Source: Thermoplasmatota archaeon (GTDB taxonomy: Archaea > Thermoplasmatota > E2 > JACPAO01 > JAHFTW01). Taken from it: a stretch of 64,000 bases of DNA. The position numbers were made by a program, and so were the translations under genes. The notes below the pieces were generated by a model, which saw only the letters and a program-made list of their open reading frames with translations, did no database searches and was not told where the DNA came from. Shown here piece by piece: positions 8,729 to 17,958 of the stretch; the first letter of the stretch is position 1, and each line of letters opens with the position of its first letter. The DNA lies in the NCBI GenBank assembly GCA_041601615.1, contig JBFIHX010000003.1, positions 32,001 through 96,000 of the forward strand. Direction: 5' to 3'.

Positions 8729-10009
8729 TTATGGGCGGCGTCGGGCAAGGACGAGGCCGGCGGCGAGGAGGCCTAGGAGGATGGTGCCGGTGGGTGCGGC
8801 GGGGCTGTCTTTTTTGGGTCCTGTGGCGTGGATGCGCTCGGTGCAGGCGTCGGGTCCGGGGCCTTGGCAGGATACGACGCGGCCGGTTCCGAGTTCGAAG
8901 TGGGCGGTGCCGGTGGCGGTGTCGCCGTGGAGGTTTTTGGCTTCCAAGTGGACGGTGTGGGGCGCTTTGTCGGGGGTGAGGTTCCAGGTCCAGGTGGGTG
9001 GTGGCAGGGGGCGCAGTGCGCGGTGGGTGGTGGGGGTTCCGGCGGGCTCGTCGTCGGTGGTGAGGGTGGGTGCGGCGAGGTCGTGGGCGCCCCAGGGGCT
9101 GGCGGCGATGGCGTGGATTTGGACGGTGCCATTGGCGGTTGGCGTAGGGCGTAGTTCTTGGATCCAGAGGGGGTTTTGGACGCCGAGGGTGAGGCTGGGG
9201 CGGAATGCGGGTGCGGTGTAGAGTCCGAGGAGATCGGGCATGAGGGTTGCTTCGTCGGGTCGGTCGCAGGTGGGAAAGTCGATGTAGACGTCGACGCGCA
9301 GGTTGAAGGCGGTGCTTGCTTGGATGGTGGGTTGGTTGGTGCGCCATTCCAGGGGGAGCCGGAAGGTGTAGACGGGGGCGTCGTCGGTTTCGTGGTAGGA
9401 GACGTTGGGGTGGCCTGCCAAGAGGGGGCTGAGGGTGGCGGGGCGGGTTTGTGCTTGGGCCAGGAGGGTGCCGGTGTCAAGGCTGTGGTGGCCGACGCTG
9501 ACGGCGCTGTCTTCGCGGAGGGTGGCGCGCAGTACAACGTTGGGGAGCACCATGGCGTCGGAGGGGGGTGGGACTCCGTCGATGGTGGTGGAGGTGCGGC
9601 CGGCTAGGTGCCAGACGAGGGTGGGTTGTTTTTCAAGGTCTAGTTCGAGGTTGAAGGCGAGGCCGCGGTCGATGAGGTCGGGGCCGGGGCGGTATGCGAC
9701 GGGGCCGGGCACGCCGTACCATGTGTGGTGGTTGCCGTAGAGTAGGGGCGGCGCTGGGGGGCCGACTAGACAGCGGTTGCTGTGGGTGAGGGCGTTGAGT
9801 CCGTACGTTGCGCGGTGGCTGTCGGGTACGGTTTGTGGGCTCATGGCGAAGTCTTGGATTCCGTCCACGTGGAGCCAGAGGGTGGTGTCGGTGGGGGGCG
9901 CGGGGTGGGTTTCTTGGGCGTTGGTGGCGGGTGCTAGGAGGGCCAGCAAGAGCAGGGTTGCTACCAGGGAGCGCGACCGCACCTTTCGGGAGTGTGCGTG
10001 GGGCTTCAT
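8729..10009 (-). CDS. Surface protein with a PGF-CTERM-like tail, paralogue 1
   Basis: Signal peptide; PNVVLRAT, SPWG motifs; C-terminal SPAAP-TM-RRRP. Confidence 0.75.
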   Translation of the reverse strand: MKPHAHSRKVRSRSLVATLLLLALLAPATNAQETHPAPPTDTTLWLHVDGIQDFAMSPQTVPDSHRATYGLNALTHSNRCLVGPPAPPLLYGNHHTWYGVPGPVAYRPGPDLIDRGLAFNLELDLEKQPTLVWHLAGRTSTTIDGVPPPSDAMVLPNVVLRATLREDSAVSVGHHSLDTGTLLAQAQTRPATLSPLLAGHPNVSYHETDDAPVYTFRLPLEWRTNQPTIQASTAFNLRVDVYIDFPTCDRPDEATLMPDLLGLYTAPAFRPSLTLGVQNPLWIQELRPTPTANGTVQIHAIAASPWGAHDLAAPTLTTDDEPAGTPTTHRALRPLPPPTWTWNLTPDKAPHTVHLEAKNLHGDTATGTAHFELGTGRVVSCQGPGPDACTERIHATGPKKDSPAAPTGTILLGLLAAGLVLARRRP

Positions 10010-10165
10010 GGTTCTTGTGGACTTGTTCACGGTGCTAGCAAGAGAGGGGTCGGAGATGTGGGCGGGGGATGGGGGATGGGCAGACGAATGGGTGGGGGAA
10101 GGGAGAGACGAAGAGGCGAAGGAAGGAGTGGAGGAAGGGGGTTGAGGGTGCCCAGGAACTTGGGG

Positions 10166-11530
10166 CTAGGTTCGACGCCGCAGGCTCACGGCGAGGGTGC
10201 CAAGGGCGAGCATCAGCAATCCGATGGGAGCAGCGGGGGTGGGGTTGGTCGGGCCGATAGGATCGTCGCAGGTTTCGGTACCGTCGGCGCCGGTGGAGCA
10301 AATGGGGCGGTTGTGTTCGCCGATTTCGAATTTGGCGATGGCGACGCTTTGGGCGGTTTCCTGGTCGTTGCTTACGCGAAGGGTGACGGTGTAGATGCCG
10401 GGGCGGGCGGATTCGGCTTTGTAGGGCCAGATCCAGCTGGCGGCGACGGCGTCGGTGTGGTGGTCGTGGTCGAGGGTGGCGGCGTCGAAGAAGCCCAGGT
10501 GCAGGTTGACGGGGACGCTTGGGCCGGTCACTTCGATGTTGTAGCTGCCGTTTTCGGAGGGTTGGTCGCCGCGCACGTCGTAGTTGCCCCAGGGGCTGTT
10601 GGCGGAGGTGTGGATGATCAGTTCGTCGCCGATGAATTGCGGGTGCAGGGATTCGATGCGGACGGCTTGTTCCACGTCCCAGGTGAAGCGGGGGCGGTGG
10701 CCAACGCTGCTGTGCAGGCGCACGGTGTTGGGCATCAGTTTCTCCTCGGAGCCGGGGTCGGCGCACTGGGGGTTTTCCATGTACAGGTCGATGCGCAGGT
10801 TGTAGGATTCGACGGCTTTGATCTGCGGGGAGCGACCGAGTTCGTCGAAGGGTACGTCGAGGGCGAATTCGTAGACGTGTTTTGTTTCGCCATCTTGGGT
10901 GATGGGCATGTAGGTGACTTGCGGGTGGTCGGGGGTGGCGGGGCCGACAAGAAGCGCTGGCGTGGTGGTGGCTTGGGCGATGATGCGGCCAATGTTGAGT
11001 GCCTCGTGTCCGACGCTGATGGCGTCTCCTTCACGGAACGTGGCGCGCAGGGCGACGTTGGGGGTGATGGAGGGCGCTGAGTTGACGTTGATGTCGTTGC
11101 TGAGGTATTGGCTTTCGACGTACCAGACGAGTCGGATGGGTTTGTCGGTGTCGAAGTCGATGTTGTAGCTGAGGCCGCGTTCGGGGTGGATGCGGGGGCT
11201 GCCGCCCATGTCCACGTCGTAATGGACGTAGCCGGGGCTGCTGTAGCCATACCAAGAATGGCGGTCGCCGCGCACGAGGCCGGGCACTTCGTCGGGGACA
11301 CAGGTGTTGGTCGTGGTTGTGAATCCTTGTCCTTGGCTGACTCCGTAGCGGTCGTCTGGTTGTTGGGTGTTGATGGGGTAGTCTTGGGGCAGTCCGAGGT
11401 GGACGAACATGGTCGTCGGGGCGGCGTTGGCCGGATTTTGGATGCCGGGCCATCCTTCGGTGGTTGCGGGGGAGGCGAGACCGGTTGGAGCCAGAAACAG
11501 GAGTACGAGTACGAAGACCCACGTTCGCAT
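10166..11530 (-). CDS. Surface protein with a PGF-CTERM-like tail, paralogue 2
   Basis: Signal peptide; INTQQPDDRY, YGYSSPGYV, HPERG, SPWGNYDVRGD; TPAAP-TM-RRRT. Confidence 0.8.
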   Translation of the reverse strand: MRTWVFVLVLLFLAPTGLASPATTEGWPGIQNPANAAPTTMFVHLGLPQDYPINTQQPDDRYGVSQGQGFTTTTNTCVPDEVPGLVRGDRHSWYGYSSPGYVHYDVDMGGSPRIHPERGLSYNIDFDTDKPIRLVWYVESQYLSNDINVNSAPSITPNVALRATFREGDAISVGHEALNIGRIIAQATTTPALLVGPATPDHPQVTYMPITQDGETKHVYEFALDVPFDELGRSPQIKAVESYNLRIDLYMENPQCADPGSEEKLMPNTVRLHSSVGHRPRFTWDVEQAVRIESLHPQFIGDELIIHTSANSPWGNYDVRGDQPSENGSYNIEVTGPSVPVNLHLGFFDAATLDHDHHTDAVAASWIWPYKAESARPGIYTVTLRVSNDQETAQSVAIAKFEIGEHNRPICSTGADGTETCDDPIGPTNPTPAAPIGLLMLALGTLAVSLRRRT

Positions 11531-11724
11531 GATGGTATCAGCGACGTCTGAGGCTTATAGATGCGATGGACACGTTGGCAAACGAATCTGGAAGTTCAAA
11601 AAATCGGCACAAGGGCGCGATGGAAACCAAGGACGGGACGAAAGGCAATGGAGGGCAATGGAAGGGGTTGGAAAGGATTGGAAGAGGGATGGAGTGGAAG
11701 GAGGAGGGTTGTGGGCGCAGGGGC

Positions 11725-13113
11725 CTACTTGCGGCGGCGCAGGGCCACGAGTGCGGCTCCGAGCACGGCGAGCACAGAGACGAAGCCAATGCCGGGGCTT
11801 TCTTGGTTCGCCTTGGCGCCGTCCTTCTGGACCGTCTCGTCGCAGTCAACCTTCTCGCCGGTGGCTTGGTTGCCGCAGCCGACGATCTTGCCGCTGCCGA
11901 TTTCGAATTGGGCCACCGCGATTGCTTCGGTGGTTTCTTGGTCGTTCTTGGCAGAGAACGTCACGGTGTAGAGGCCATCGCGGGCGCCGTCTTTCTTGTA
12001 TTCCCAGACCCAGGTTGCGTCCACCGCTTCTGTGTGGTGGTCGTGTTCGTGGGTGCGGGCCGTCAGGGCGACGCGGTTGATGCTCACGGGGACACTGGGG
12101 CCGGTAACGGTCACGGTGAGGCCGCCTTGGTCCTCGGAGGTTTGGTCGCCACGCACGTCGTAGTTGCCCCAGGGGCTGTTGGTGGACGTGTGCAGGACGA
12201 GGTCGTCGCCGATGAACTGCGGGTGCAGGTACTCGATGCGCAGCGGGTTGAAGATGTGCCAGGTGAAGCCGGGGCGGTTCTCCGGGCTGGTGTGCACGCG
12301 CAGGAAGTCAGGCATCAGGTAGTTGTCCTCTTGCGGTTTGTCGCAGGTGCCGGGCAGCGTCTCCATGTAGAAGTCGATGCGGGCGTTGTAGGACTCCATG
12401 GCGTCGATGGTGGTGCGTTGGTATTCGAGGGGGACGCGGAACTCGTAGATCGGAGCGCCGTTGCTGGCGGGACCGACGTAGTTGACGTTCGGGCTCGAGG
12501 TGCCGGCTCCTTGCAGGAGTGCAGGTTCCGTTTGGCCTTGGGCGATGATTTCGCCGGTGTTGAAGGCGGTGTGGCCGGGGCTGATTTGGTCGCCTTCGCG
12601 GATGGTGGCGCGCATGACGACGTTGGGCAACGGCGGGCTCAGGGAGTGGACGGGGACGCCGGCAGTGTCGCCGCCGGTGGCTTGTCCTTGCATGTACCAG
12701 ACGAAGTCGACGGGCTTGGAGGCGTCCATCTTGACGTCGAAACTGATGCCGCGTTCGGGGTGGTAGCGCGGTTCGCCGCCTTGGTCTACGTCGTATTGGA
12801 CGTATCCGGGGCTGCTGAAGCCGTAGTAGGTGTGCCGGGCGCCGCGCACGAGGGCGGGCACGGTCGGGTCGTTGACGCAGCCTTGGGAGTGCGTGGCGAG
12901 GCCGACGGGGACGTCCGAGGCGTAGCGGTCGTCGGGCTTCTGGGTGTTGATGGGGACATCCTGGAGCCCATTGATGTGGAAGTACATCTGGATGGGCGTG
13001 GAGGCGTTGGGATTGTAGATGCCCGGGGCCCGGGCGTCTTGTGCTGCGGCGCCGGTTGCGCCGAGCAAGAAGAGCCCTACGCAAAGGACTGTCAGGGTAC
13101 GGGACAGGAACAT
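11725..13113 (-). CDS. Surface protein with a PGF-CTERM-like tail, paralogue 3
   Basis: Same motifs; C-terminal ESPGIG-TM-RRRK. Confidence 0.8.
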   Translation of the reverse strand: MFLSRTLTVLCVGLFLLGATGAAAQDARAPGIYNPNASTPIQMYFHINGLQDVPINTQKPDDRYASDVPVGLATHSQGCVNDPTVPALVRGARHTYYGFSSPGYVQYDVDQGGEPRYHPERGISFDVKMDASKPVDFVWYMQGQATGGDTAGVPVHSLSPPLPNVVMRATIREGDQISPGHTAFNTGEIIAQGQTEPALLQGAGTSSPNVNYVGPASNGAPIYEFRVPLEYQRTTIDAMESYNARIDFYMETLPGTCDKPQEDNYLMPDFLRVHTSPENRPGFTWHIFNPLRIEYLHPQFIGDDLVLHTSTNSPWGNYDVRGDQTSEDQGGLTVTVTGPSVPVSINRVALTARTHEHDHHTEAVDATWVWEYKKDGARDGLYTVTFSAKNDQETTEAIAVAQFEIGSGKIVGCGNQATGEKVDCDETVQKDGAKANQESPGIGFVSVLAVLGAALVALRRRK

Positions 13114-13305
13114 GGTGACCATTCTCGGACGACTCGGCAGATGGCTTAACCCTTGTGGCACCGGCGACGAAACGTTCGGACGCCTTACCAAGGGCGTCTC
13201 GGAAGGGGGTGTGGGGGCAAACGGTTCACCCTGGGATGTTCAAGACAAAATAAGGGAGAAATGGCGGATCGTGGAGGGTGTTTCTCTGTTGTATGCCTGT
13301 GGGCT

Positions 13306-13425
13306 TTAGCAGAATGGACCGAAGTCGTGCACACAGGCGATGGGTAGGTCTCCGACGGCGTTGGCGTTGCCGGCGGCGGCGAGGAGGACCAGTACGAGCA
13401 TGGGGGCGTAGCGAAGGAAACGCAT
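13306..13425 (-). CDS. Small secreted peptide precursor (39 aa, absent from the ORF track)
   Basis: MRFLRYAPMLVLVLLAAAGNANA-VGDLPIACVHDFGPFC: signal peptide with an AxA site; C-ending codon bias like neighbouring genes. Confidence 0.55.
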   Translation of the reverse strand: MRFLRYAPMLVLVLLAAAGNANAVGDLPIACVHDFGPFC

Positions 13426-13471
13426 GGCTGCGGATTTGACGCTGCAAACTTAGTGTTTGGCTTCTCCAGTG

Positions 13472-13822
13472 TTACAGGGCAAAAAGGAGCAATGCGACGA
13501 TGGCCACTTCGACGACCCAGGAGAGGTGCTGGGCCCGCGACACCACGAGGGTAAGCAGCGCGGCGGCGGCGAAGGTTGTTGCCATGATCCACAACATTGG
13601 GTCCGTTGGGTCGGCGAGCATCAGCGCGGCCAGTGCCCATGCAAGGAGGGTCATAATGTGCCAAGCGAAGCGGAGTGTCCGTTTGGTGAAGGCATCGGAG
13701 CCAAACAGATGCGGCTGGTCTCGTCGAAGCACTCTGCGGATGATGTAGCGCTCGCCAAGGACGCTGTGCGCGGTGCCCAATAGGAAGGTGAGGCCTGCGG
13801 CGGTGGCAAGGAGGGGGTCCAT
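13472..13822 (-). CDS. Small integral membrane protein
   Basis: About four hydrophobic segments; AHSVLGERYI, LRFAWH. Confidence 0.7.
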   Translation of the reverse strand: MDPLLATAAGLTFLLGTAHSVLGERYIIRRVLRRDQPHLFGSDAFTKRTLRFAWHIMTLLAWALAALMLADPTDPMLWIMATTFAAAALLTLVVSRAQHLSWVVEVAIVALLLFAL

Positions 13823-14028
13823 GGCGGTGATTTGCATGCTGGTGCTGTGGGAAAGTGCCTTGGGTGGCGAGATGGGCGCGACAAAATCCGAGGTCGGGGC
13901 CGAGGGCGGCCCAGGTTTGCACCGCGATATCGACGGCGGCCGTGGGTCAAAAAATTGCAAAATTGGATACTATTTTCCCTTCGCAAAACCTCCATCACTG
14001 GGCGGATGTAGTCGGCGGTGGGTATTCT

Positions 14029-14868
14029 ATGCTCACATCCATCAAGACCCTGACCACAATCTGTCTGCTGCTCGCCATTCTCCTGGCGCCTGCCGCGCAA
14101 GCAGAAGCGGAACCCGACGCCGCAATTCGTCCCGACTGTGAGCTGTCGCCTATGTGGCCCAGCGGCGGATTCGGCTGCCAAGTCGGCTCGCTGTGGGTTG
14201 GTTGCACGCACTACACCGGTGCCCTTCTGTTGCATGACCGTGACTCAATTGCTTGTGGCGTCTTCGGCTGCCCCTACATTGGGCAAGGCGAAGTGGGCCG
14301 CTCCGTGTACGCGGGCTTTGACGACTGCGTCGTGTACGCTGGGCACACGGGCTTGGACGATGTGAAATCGGCCCTCGCTGAGATTGTTGCGGATCCTGCC
14401 ACTCAATCGGATGCTTCCCCGGTTTCGTGCACCGCCAACCCCACAGCCCACGGCTGCACCGTTGACGTCACCGGCCGCGACACGGGAGTCCGCTGCGGCG
14501 TTCTATCCGTTGGCTACCAATGTGGCCTCCTTGGCTTCGATTGTGCCTCGGTTCTCTGGGGCATACACAACCCCGACTTCGTCGTCGGCGGCAACAACGG
14601 CTGCCATGCCAAAGTATGGGTCGGATTCCTACAACTTGGAGCCGCCCGGCCTGTTGACTGCACGCTGACTCCTGAAGCCCACGGCTGCACCAAGGAAATC
14701 GGCGGCCGAGATACGGGGGTCTACTGCGGAGCCATCACGGTTGGGTACAACTGCGGAATCAGGGGCTTCGACTGCACCCAGGCGCACTGGGGCATCCACC
14801 AGCCCGGCCTCGTAGTCGGCGGCTACAACGGCTGCCATGTCATGGCGTGGGTTGGCCTCCAAAGCTAA
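14029..14868 (+). CDS. Secreted Cys-rich protein with an internal tandem domain duplication
   Basis: Signal peptide ...APAAQA; two ~70-aa units CTxxPxAHGC...RDTGVxCG...GYxCG..GFDC...WGIHxP..VVGGxNGCH...WVG. Confidence 0.8.
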   Translation: MLTSIKTLTTICLLLAILLAPAAQAEAEPDAAIRPDCELSPMWPSGGFGCQVGSLWVGCTHYTGALLLHDRDSIACGVFGCPYIGQGEVGRSVYAGFDDCVVYAGHTGLDDVKSALAEIVADPATQSDASPVSCTANPTAHGCTVDVTGRDTGVRCGVLSVGYQCGLLGFDCASVLWGIHNPDFVVGGNNGCHAKVWVGFLQLGAARPVDCTLTPEAHGCTKEIGGRDTGVYCGAITVGYNCGIRGFDCTQAHWGIHQPGLVVGGYNGCHVMAWVGLQS

Positions 14869-14960
14869 CGCGAGTAGGCGCTGTTTTCCTTTTTTCCCGA
14901 CTTGGCTGGGTCGCTGCGAAACGGGGCACAGGTCGTGCGTGACCCCTTCGGATTTCTTTG

Positions 14961-15014
14961 CTATGCTTCGAGGATTCGTCGGCACTCGGCGAGGATTTTG
15001 CTTTCGTCGGGCAG
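14961..15014 (-). repeat. Synonymously recoded second copy of the pdhB 3' end (LPDESKILAECRRILEA*)
   Basis: Matches 15086-15139 (MPDESKILAECRRILAA*) at 15 of 17 residues; 12 of those 15 codons differ synonymously. Confidence 0.9.
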
Positions 15015-15044
15015 TCGCCAGCCCTTCGCTCGGGCAAGCTCCCA

Positions 15045-15136
15045 CCGGACGAGTCCGATTTTGGCCTAGCCTTGGAATCTCTTCGCTACGCTGCGAGAAT
15101 CCTGCGGCATTCGGCCAAAATCTTGGACTCATCCGG
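15045..15136. repeat. Inverted repeat enclosing the pdhB stop codon
   Basis: CCGGACGAGTCCGATTTTGGCC (15045-15066) is the near reverse complement of GGCCAAAATCTTGGACTCATCCGG (15113-15136). Confidence 0.75.
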
Positions 15137-16162
15137 CATATACCAGTGCTCACGCGCCAGCAAGGGCGTGTGGACATCGGGTGCGGCGACGAAGCCGACG
15201 GGGGCTTCGAGGGCGTAGAAGGCGTCGGATTCGTTGATGCGGCGGGTGATTTCGCTGCCCCAGCCACCGGAGCGGGGGGCTTCCTGGACGATGACGACCT
15301 TGCCGGTTTTCTTGACGGAGGCGATGATGGTTTCGCTGTCCATCGGGCTGATGGTTTGCAAGTCGAGGTAGTCGACGCTGACGCCATCGGCTTCCAGTTG
15401 GGCGACGGCCTTGTCGCAGAACCAGCGCATGGCGCCCCAGGTCACGAGCGTGAGGTCGGTGCCTTCCTGGACCACTTCGGTCTTCCTGAGTTCGGCTACT
15501 TCTTCGTCGAGGGGGACGGCTTCACGGTACTTGCGGTACAGGAACTTGGGCTCCATGAAGATCACGGGCTCGTCGCTGCGGATGGCGGCCTTCAGGAGGG
15601 CGCGTGCGTTGCGCGGGGTGCTTGGCATGACCACGGTGAGGCCGGGCGTGTGGGCGTAGTACGCTTCGCGCGACTCGCTGTGGTGTTCTAGGGCGCGGAC
15701 ACCGGCTCCGTAGGGCATGTGGATGACCATGGGGAGTTTGTGGCGGCCGTTGGTGCGCTTGAGGTAGCGGGCCATGTGCGATTCGTAGTGGTGCATCGCG
15801 TTGTAGGCGAAGCCACTGAATTGCATCTCGCCGATGGGGCGGTAGCCGGCGATGGCGAGGCCGGTGGCAGCACCCGCGATGGCCATTTCGCTAATCGGGG
15901 TGTCGAAGACGCGGTCGCGGCCGTATTTGTCAAAGAGGCCGTCGGTGAGGCGGAAGATGCCGCCGTCGCGTCCGACGTCTTCGCCGAGGATCATCACTTT
16001 GGGGTCACGGGCCATTTCTTCGTCGAAGGCCATGTTCATGGCTTCGATGAGGTTCAGTTCGACGGCGCCGGCTTCGTCGCATTCCTTCTGCTTCTTTTCG
16101 TATTGGACCTGCCAGGTGGGCTTGGTGTAGAATGGGTCCTCTTCTGCGTGAACCAAAGCCAT
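15086..16162 (-). CDS. pdhB: 2-oxoacid (pyruvate) dehydrogenase E1 beta subunit
   Basis: GEDVGRDGGIFR, RVFDTPISE, EMQFSGF, GAGVRALEHHSES, FMEPK. Confidence 0.92.
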   Translation of the reverse strand: MALVHAEEDPFYTKPTWQVQYEKKQKECDEAGAVELNLIEAMNMAFDEEMARDPKVMILGEDVGRDGGIFRLTDGLFDKYGRDRVFDTPISEMAIAGAATGLAIAGYRPIGEMQFSGFAYNAMHHYESHMARYLKRTNGRHKLPMVIHMPYGAGVRALEHHSESREAYYAHTPGLTVVMPSTPRNARALLKAAIRSDEPVIFMEPKFLYRKYREAVPLDEEVAELRKTEVVQEGTDLTLVTWGAMRWFCDKAVAQLEADGVSVDYLDLQTISPMDSETIIASVKKTGKVVIVQEAPRSGGWGSEITRRINESDAFYALEAPVGFVAAPDVHTPLLAREHWYMPDESKILAECRRILAA

Positions 16163-17268
16163 TAGTGAGCCCCCTCAGGTAGTCCGTGCTTTTCGAAATG
16201 AGCCAGAAGTTGCTCTTTTTGCCATGTCAAGTAGGGCGGCTCGTCGATGTAGGCGTTCTCGAACATGTAATCGGGAGTGCGGAGGGTTTTGGCCTTGGTC
16301 TCGAAGTCTTCGATGGCCTGGTCGATCTTGGCGTTGATGCGGGCGTCCATTTCTTCTTGCTTCTTGGCGTTCCACCAGCGTTTCTTGGTGAGGTACTTTT
16401 GGACGCGGTCGATGGGGTCTTTCTGGGCCCATTCTTCTTCCAGTGCCTTGGGTCGGTACTTGGAGGGGTCGTCCGCAGTGGTGTGGACGTTCATGCGGAA
16501 GGTCACGGCTTCGATGAGGGTGGGTCCTTCGCCGGCGCGGGCGCGGGCCACGGCGTCGCTTGTGGCTTTGATCATGGCCAGGAGGTCGTTGCCGTCCACT
16601 TGGATGCTGGGGATGCCGTAGGCGACTGCCTTTTGCGCGATGGTTTCGCTGACGGTTTGCCACTTGCGCGGGACGCTGATGGCCCATTGGTTGTTTTGGA
16701 TGACGAAGACGACGGGGGCCTTCAGGACGGCGGCCATGTTGATGGCTTCGTGGAAGTCGCCTTCGCTGGTGCTGCCGTCGCCGCCGTAGGTGATGGCGAT
16801 GTTCTTGGTGCCGTTTTTGACTTCGGCCCAGGCGGTGCCCAGTGCGTGGGTATACTGGGTGCCGATGGGGATGCAGATGGGGAGTACCTTGGCGTCGGGG
16901 GCGATGTTCATGCCCTCTTCGAATCCGGCGGCGTACAGCAGGTCGTCGACGGGGTCGGCGCCGCGGTGGAGGTAGCAGACGGATTCACGGAAGCTGGGGC
17001 AGAGCCAGTCGTCGTTGGTGGTGCAGTAGATGCTGCCTGCTTGGGCGGCTTCTTGGCCGTGGGCGGGGGCGAAGGTGCCAATGCGGCCTTGGCGTTGGAG
17101 CTTGAGGCGGCGGTGGTCCCATTGGCGGCTGAAGCTCATCAGTTCGTAGAGCTGTAGCAGGTCTTCTTTGGGCACCTTGGGGTCGAGTTTCGCGTCGACG
17201 GTGCCGTCGGCTGCGAGGATCGATAGGTGTTGAATCGGGGGTGGCGCGTACGCGGTCGTGATGGGCAT
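16162..17268 (-). CDS. pdhA: 2-oxoacid (pyruvate) dehydrogenase E1 alpha subunit
   Basis: QRQGRIG...GQEAAQ; TPP motif GDGSTSEGDFHE...NNQWAIS; HTTADDP. Confidence 0.92.
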   Translation of the reverse strand: MPITTAYAPPPIQHLSILAADGTVDAKLDPKVPKEDLLQLYELMSFSRQWDHRRLKLQRQGRIGTFAPAHGQEAAQAGSIYCTTNDDWLCPSFRESVCYLHRGADPVDDLLYAAGFEEGMNIAPDAKVLPICIPIGTQYTHALGTAWAEVKNGTKNIAITYGGDGSTSEGDFHEAINMAAVLKAPVVFVIQNNQWAISVPRKWQTVSETIAQKAVAYGIPSIQVDGNDLLAMIKATSDAVARARAGEGPTLIEAVTFRMNVHTTADDPSKYRPKALEEEWAQKDPIDRVQKYLTKKRWWNAKKQEEMDARINAKIDQAIEDFETKAKTLRTPDYMFENAYIDEPPYLTWQKEQLLAHFEKHGLPEGAH

Positions 17269-17440
17269 GAGGAGTGTCCTCCGCGAGGCGGTCGGCCGAG
17301 GGTGTTCGCGGGGGTCCGCGACCTGCCCCAGGCTGTCGGGCGGGCGCCGACACAGCGGGGTCTATTTCAAGCAAACTGGAAGGGGTTGCAGTGGACTCGA
17401 ACATGTTCGAGTTTGACTGTGCGGATGTGTGCAGTGGTGT

Positions 17441-17932
17441 TCAGGTGTCTGTGGCTGGGGGGGAGCGGTAGGCGGTGCAGAGGAGGGCTGCAAACAGGCC
17501 GAGTGCGCCCAGAAGCAGGAGCACGTTGCCGGTGGCGGGGTGGTCCCAGCGCAGGTAGGCGCCAAGTGCTGCGAGGATGCCAGCGGCAAGGGCGGGGCGG
17601 GCCCAGGGCCAGAGCACGAGTGCGGTGCCGAGGTGGACGAGGCTGGGGCCGGTGAGGGCGATTGCGTCGAGGGGGAGTCGGGGGACGACGTTGTGGCCGA
17701 TGAGCGCGGTGGCGGCGCCGGCGACCACGAATGGGAATGCGAGGTAGCCATAGCGGGAGGTGGCGGCCAGGATCATGCCGAGGCCGGAGAGGGTGCCTCC
17801 GAGGGCAAAGAAGATCCAGTAGAATCCTGGTTCGGCGGTGTCTGTGAGTGCGAGGGTGGCGCGGACGGCGACCACGAGCGGGGCCAGCGTCATCATCCAA
17901 AGGCCGGGGGCAAGAAGCCGGGTTCGGTCCAC
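17441..17932 (-). CDS. Integral membrane protein
   Basis: Five to six hydrophobic helices in the 3' part of ORF 17441..18640. Confidence 0.6.
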   Translation of the reverse strand: MDRTRLLAPGLWMMTLAPLVVAVRATLALTDTAEPGFYWIFFALGGTLSGLGMILAATSRYGYLAFPFVVAGAATALIGHNVVPRLPLDAIALTGPSLVHLGTALVLWPWARPALAAGILAALGAYLRWDHPATGNVLLLLGALGLFAALLCTAYRSPPATDT

Positions 17933-17958
17933 GGTTGGGCGCGAGTCGGACAGGGTCT

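Noticed and set aside
11566-13149. Long antisense or alternate-frame ORFs (e.g. 11566..13149 +, 57077..58714 +, 4805..6004 -)
   Set aside because: Shadow ORFs expected from high GC and strong codon bias; they overlap well-supported genes and lack motifs.
15086-17268. pdhAB without adjacent E2/E3 genes as a novelty
   Set aside because: Split 2-oxoacid dehydrogenase loci are common and partners may lie outside the window.
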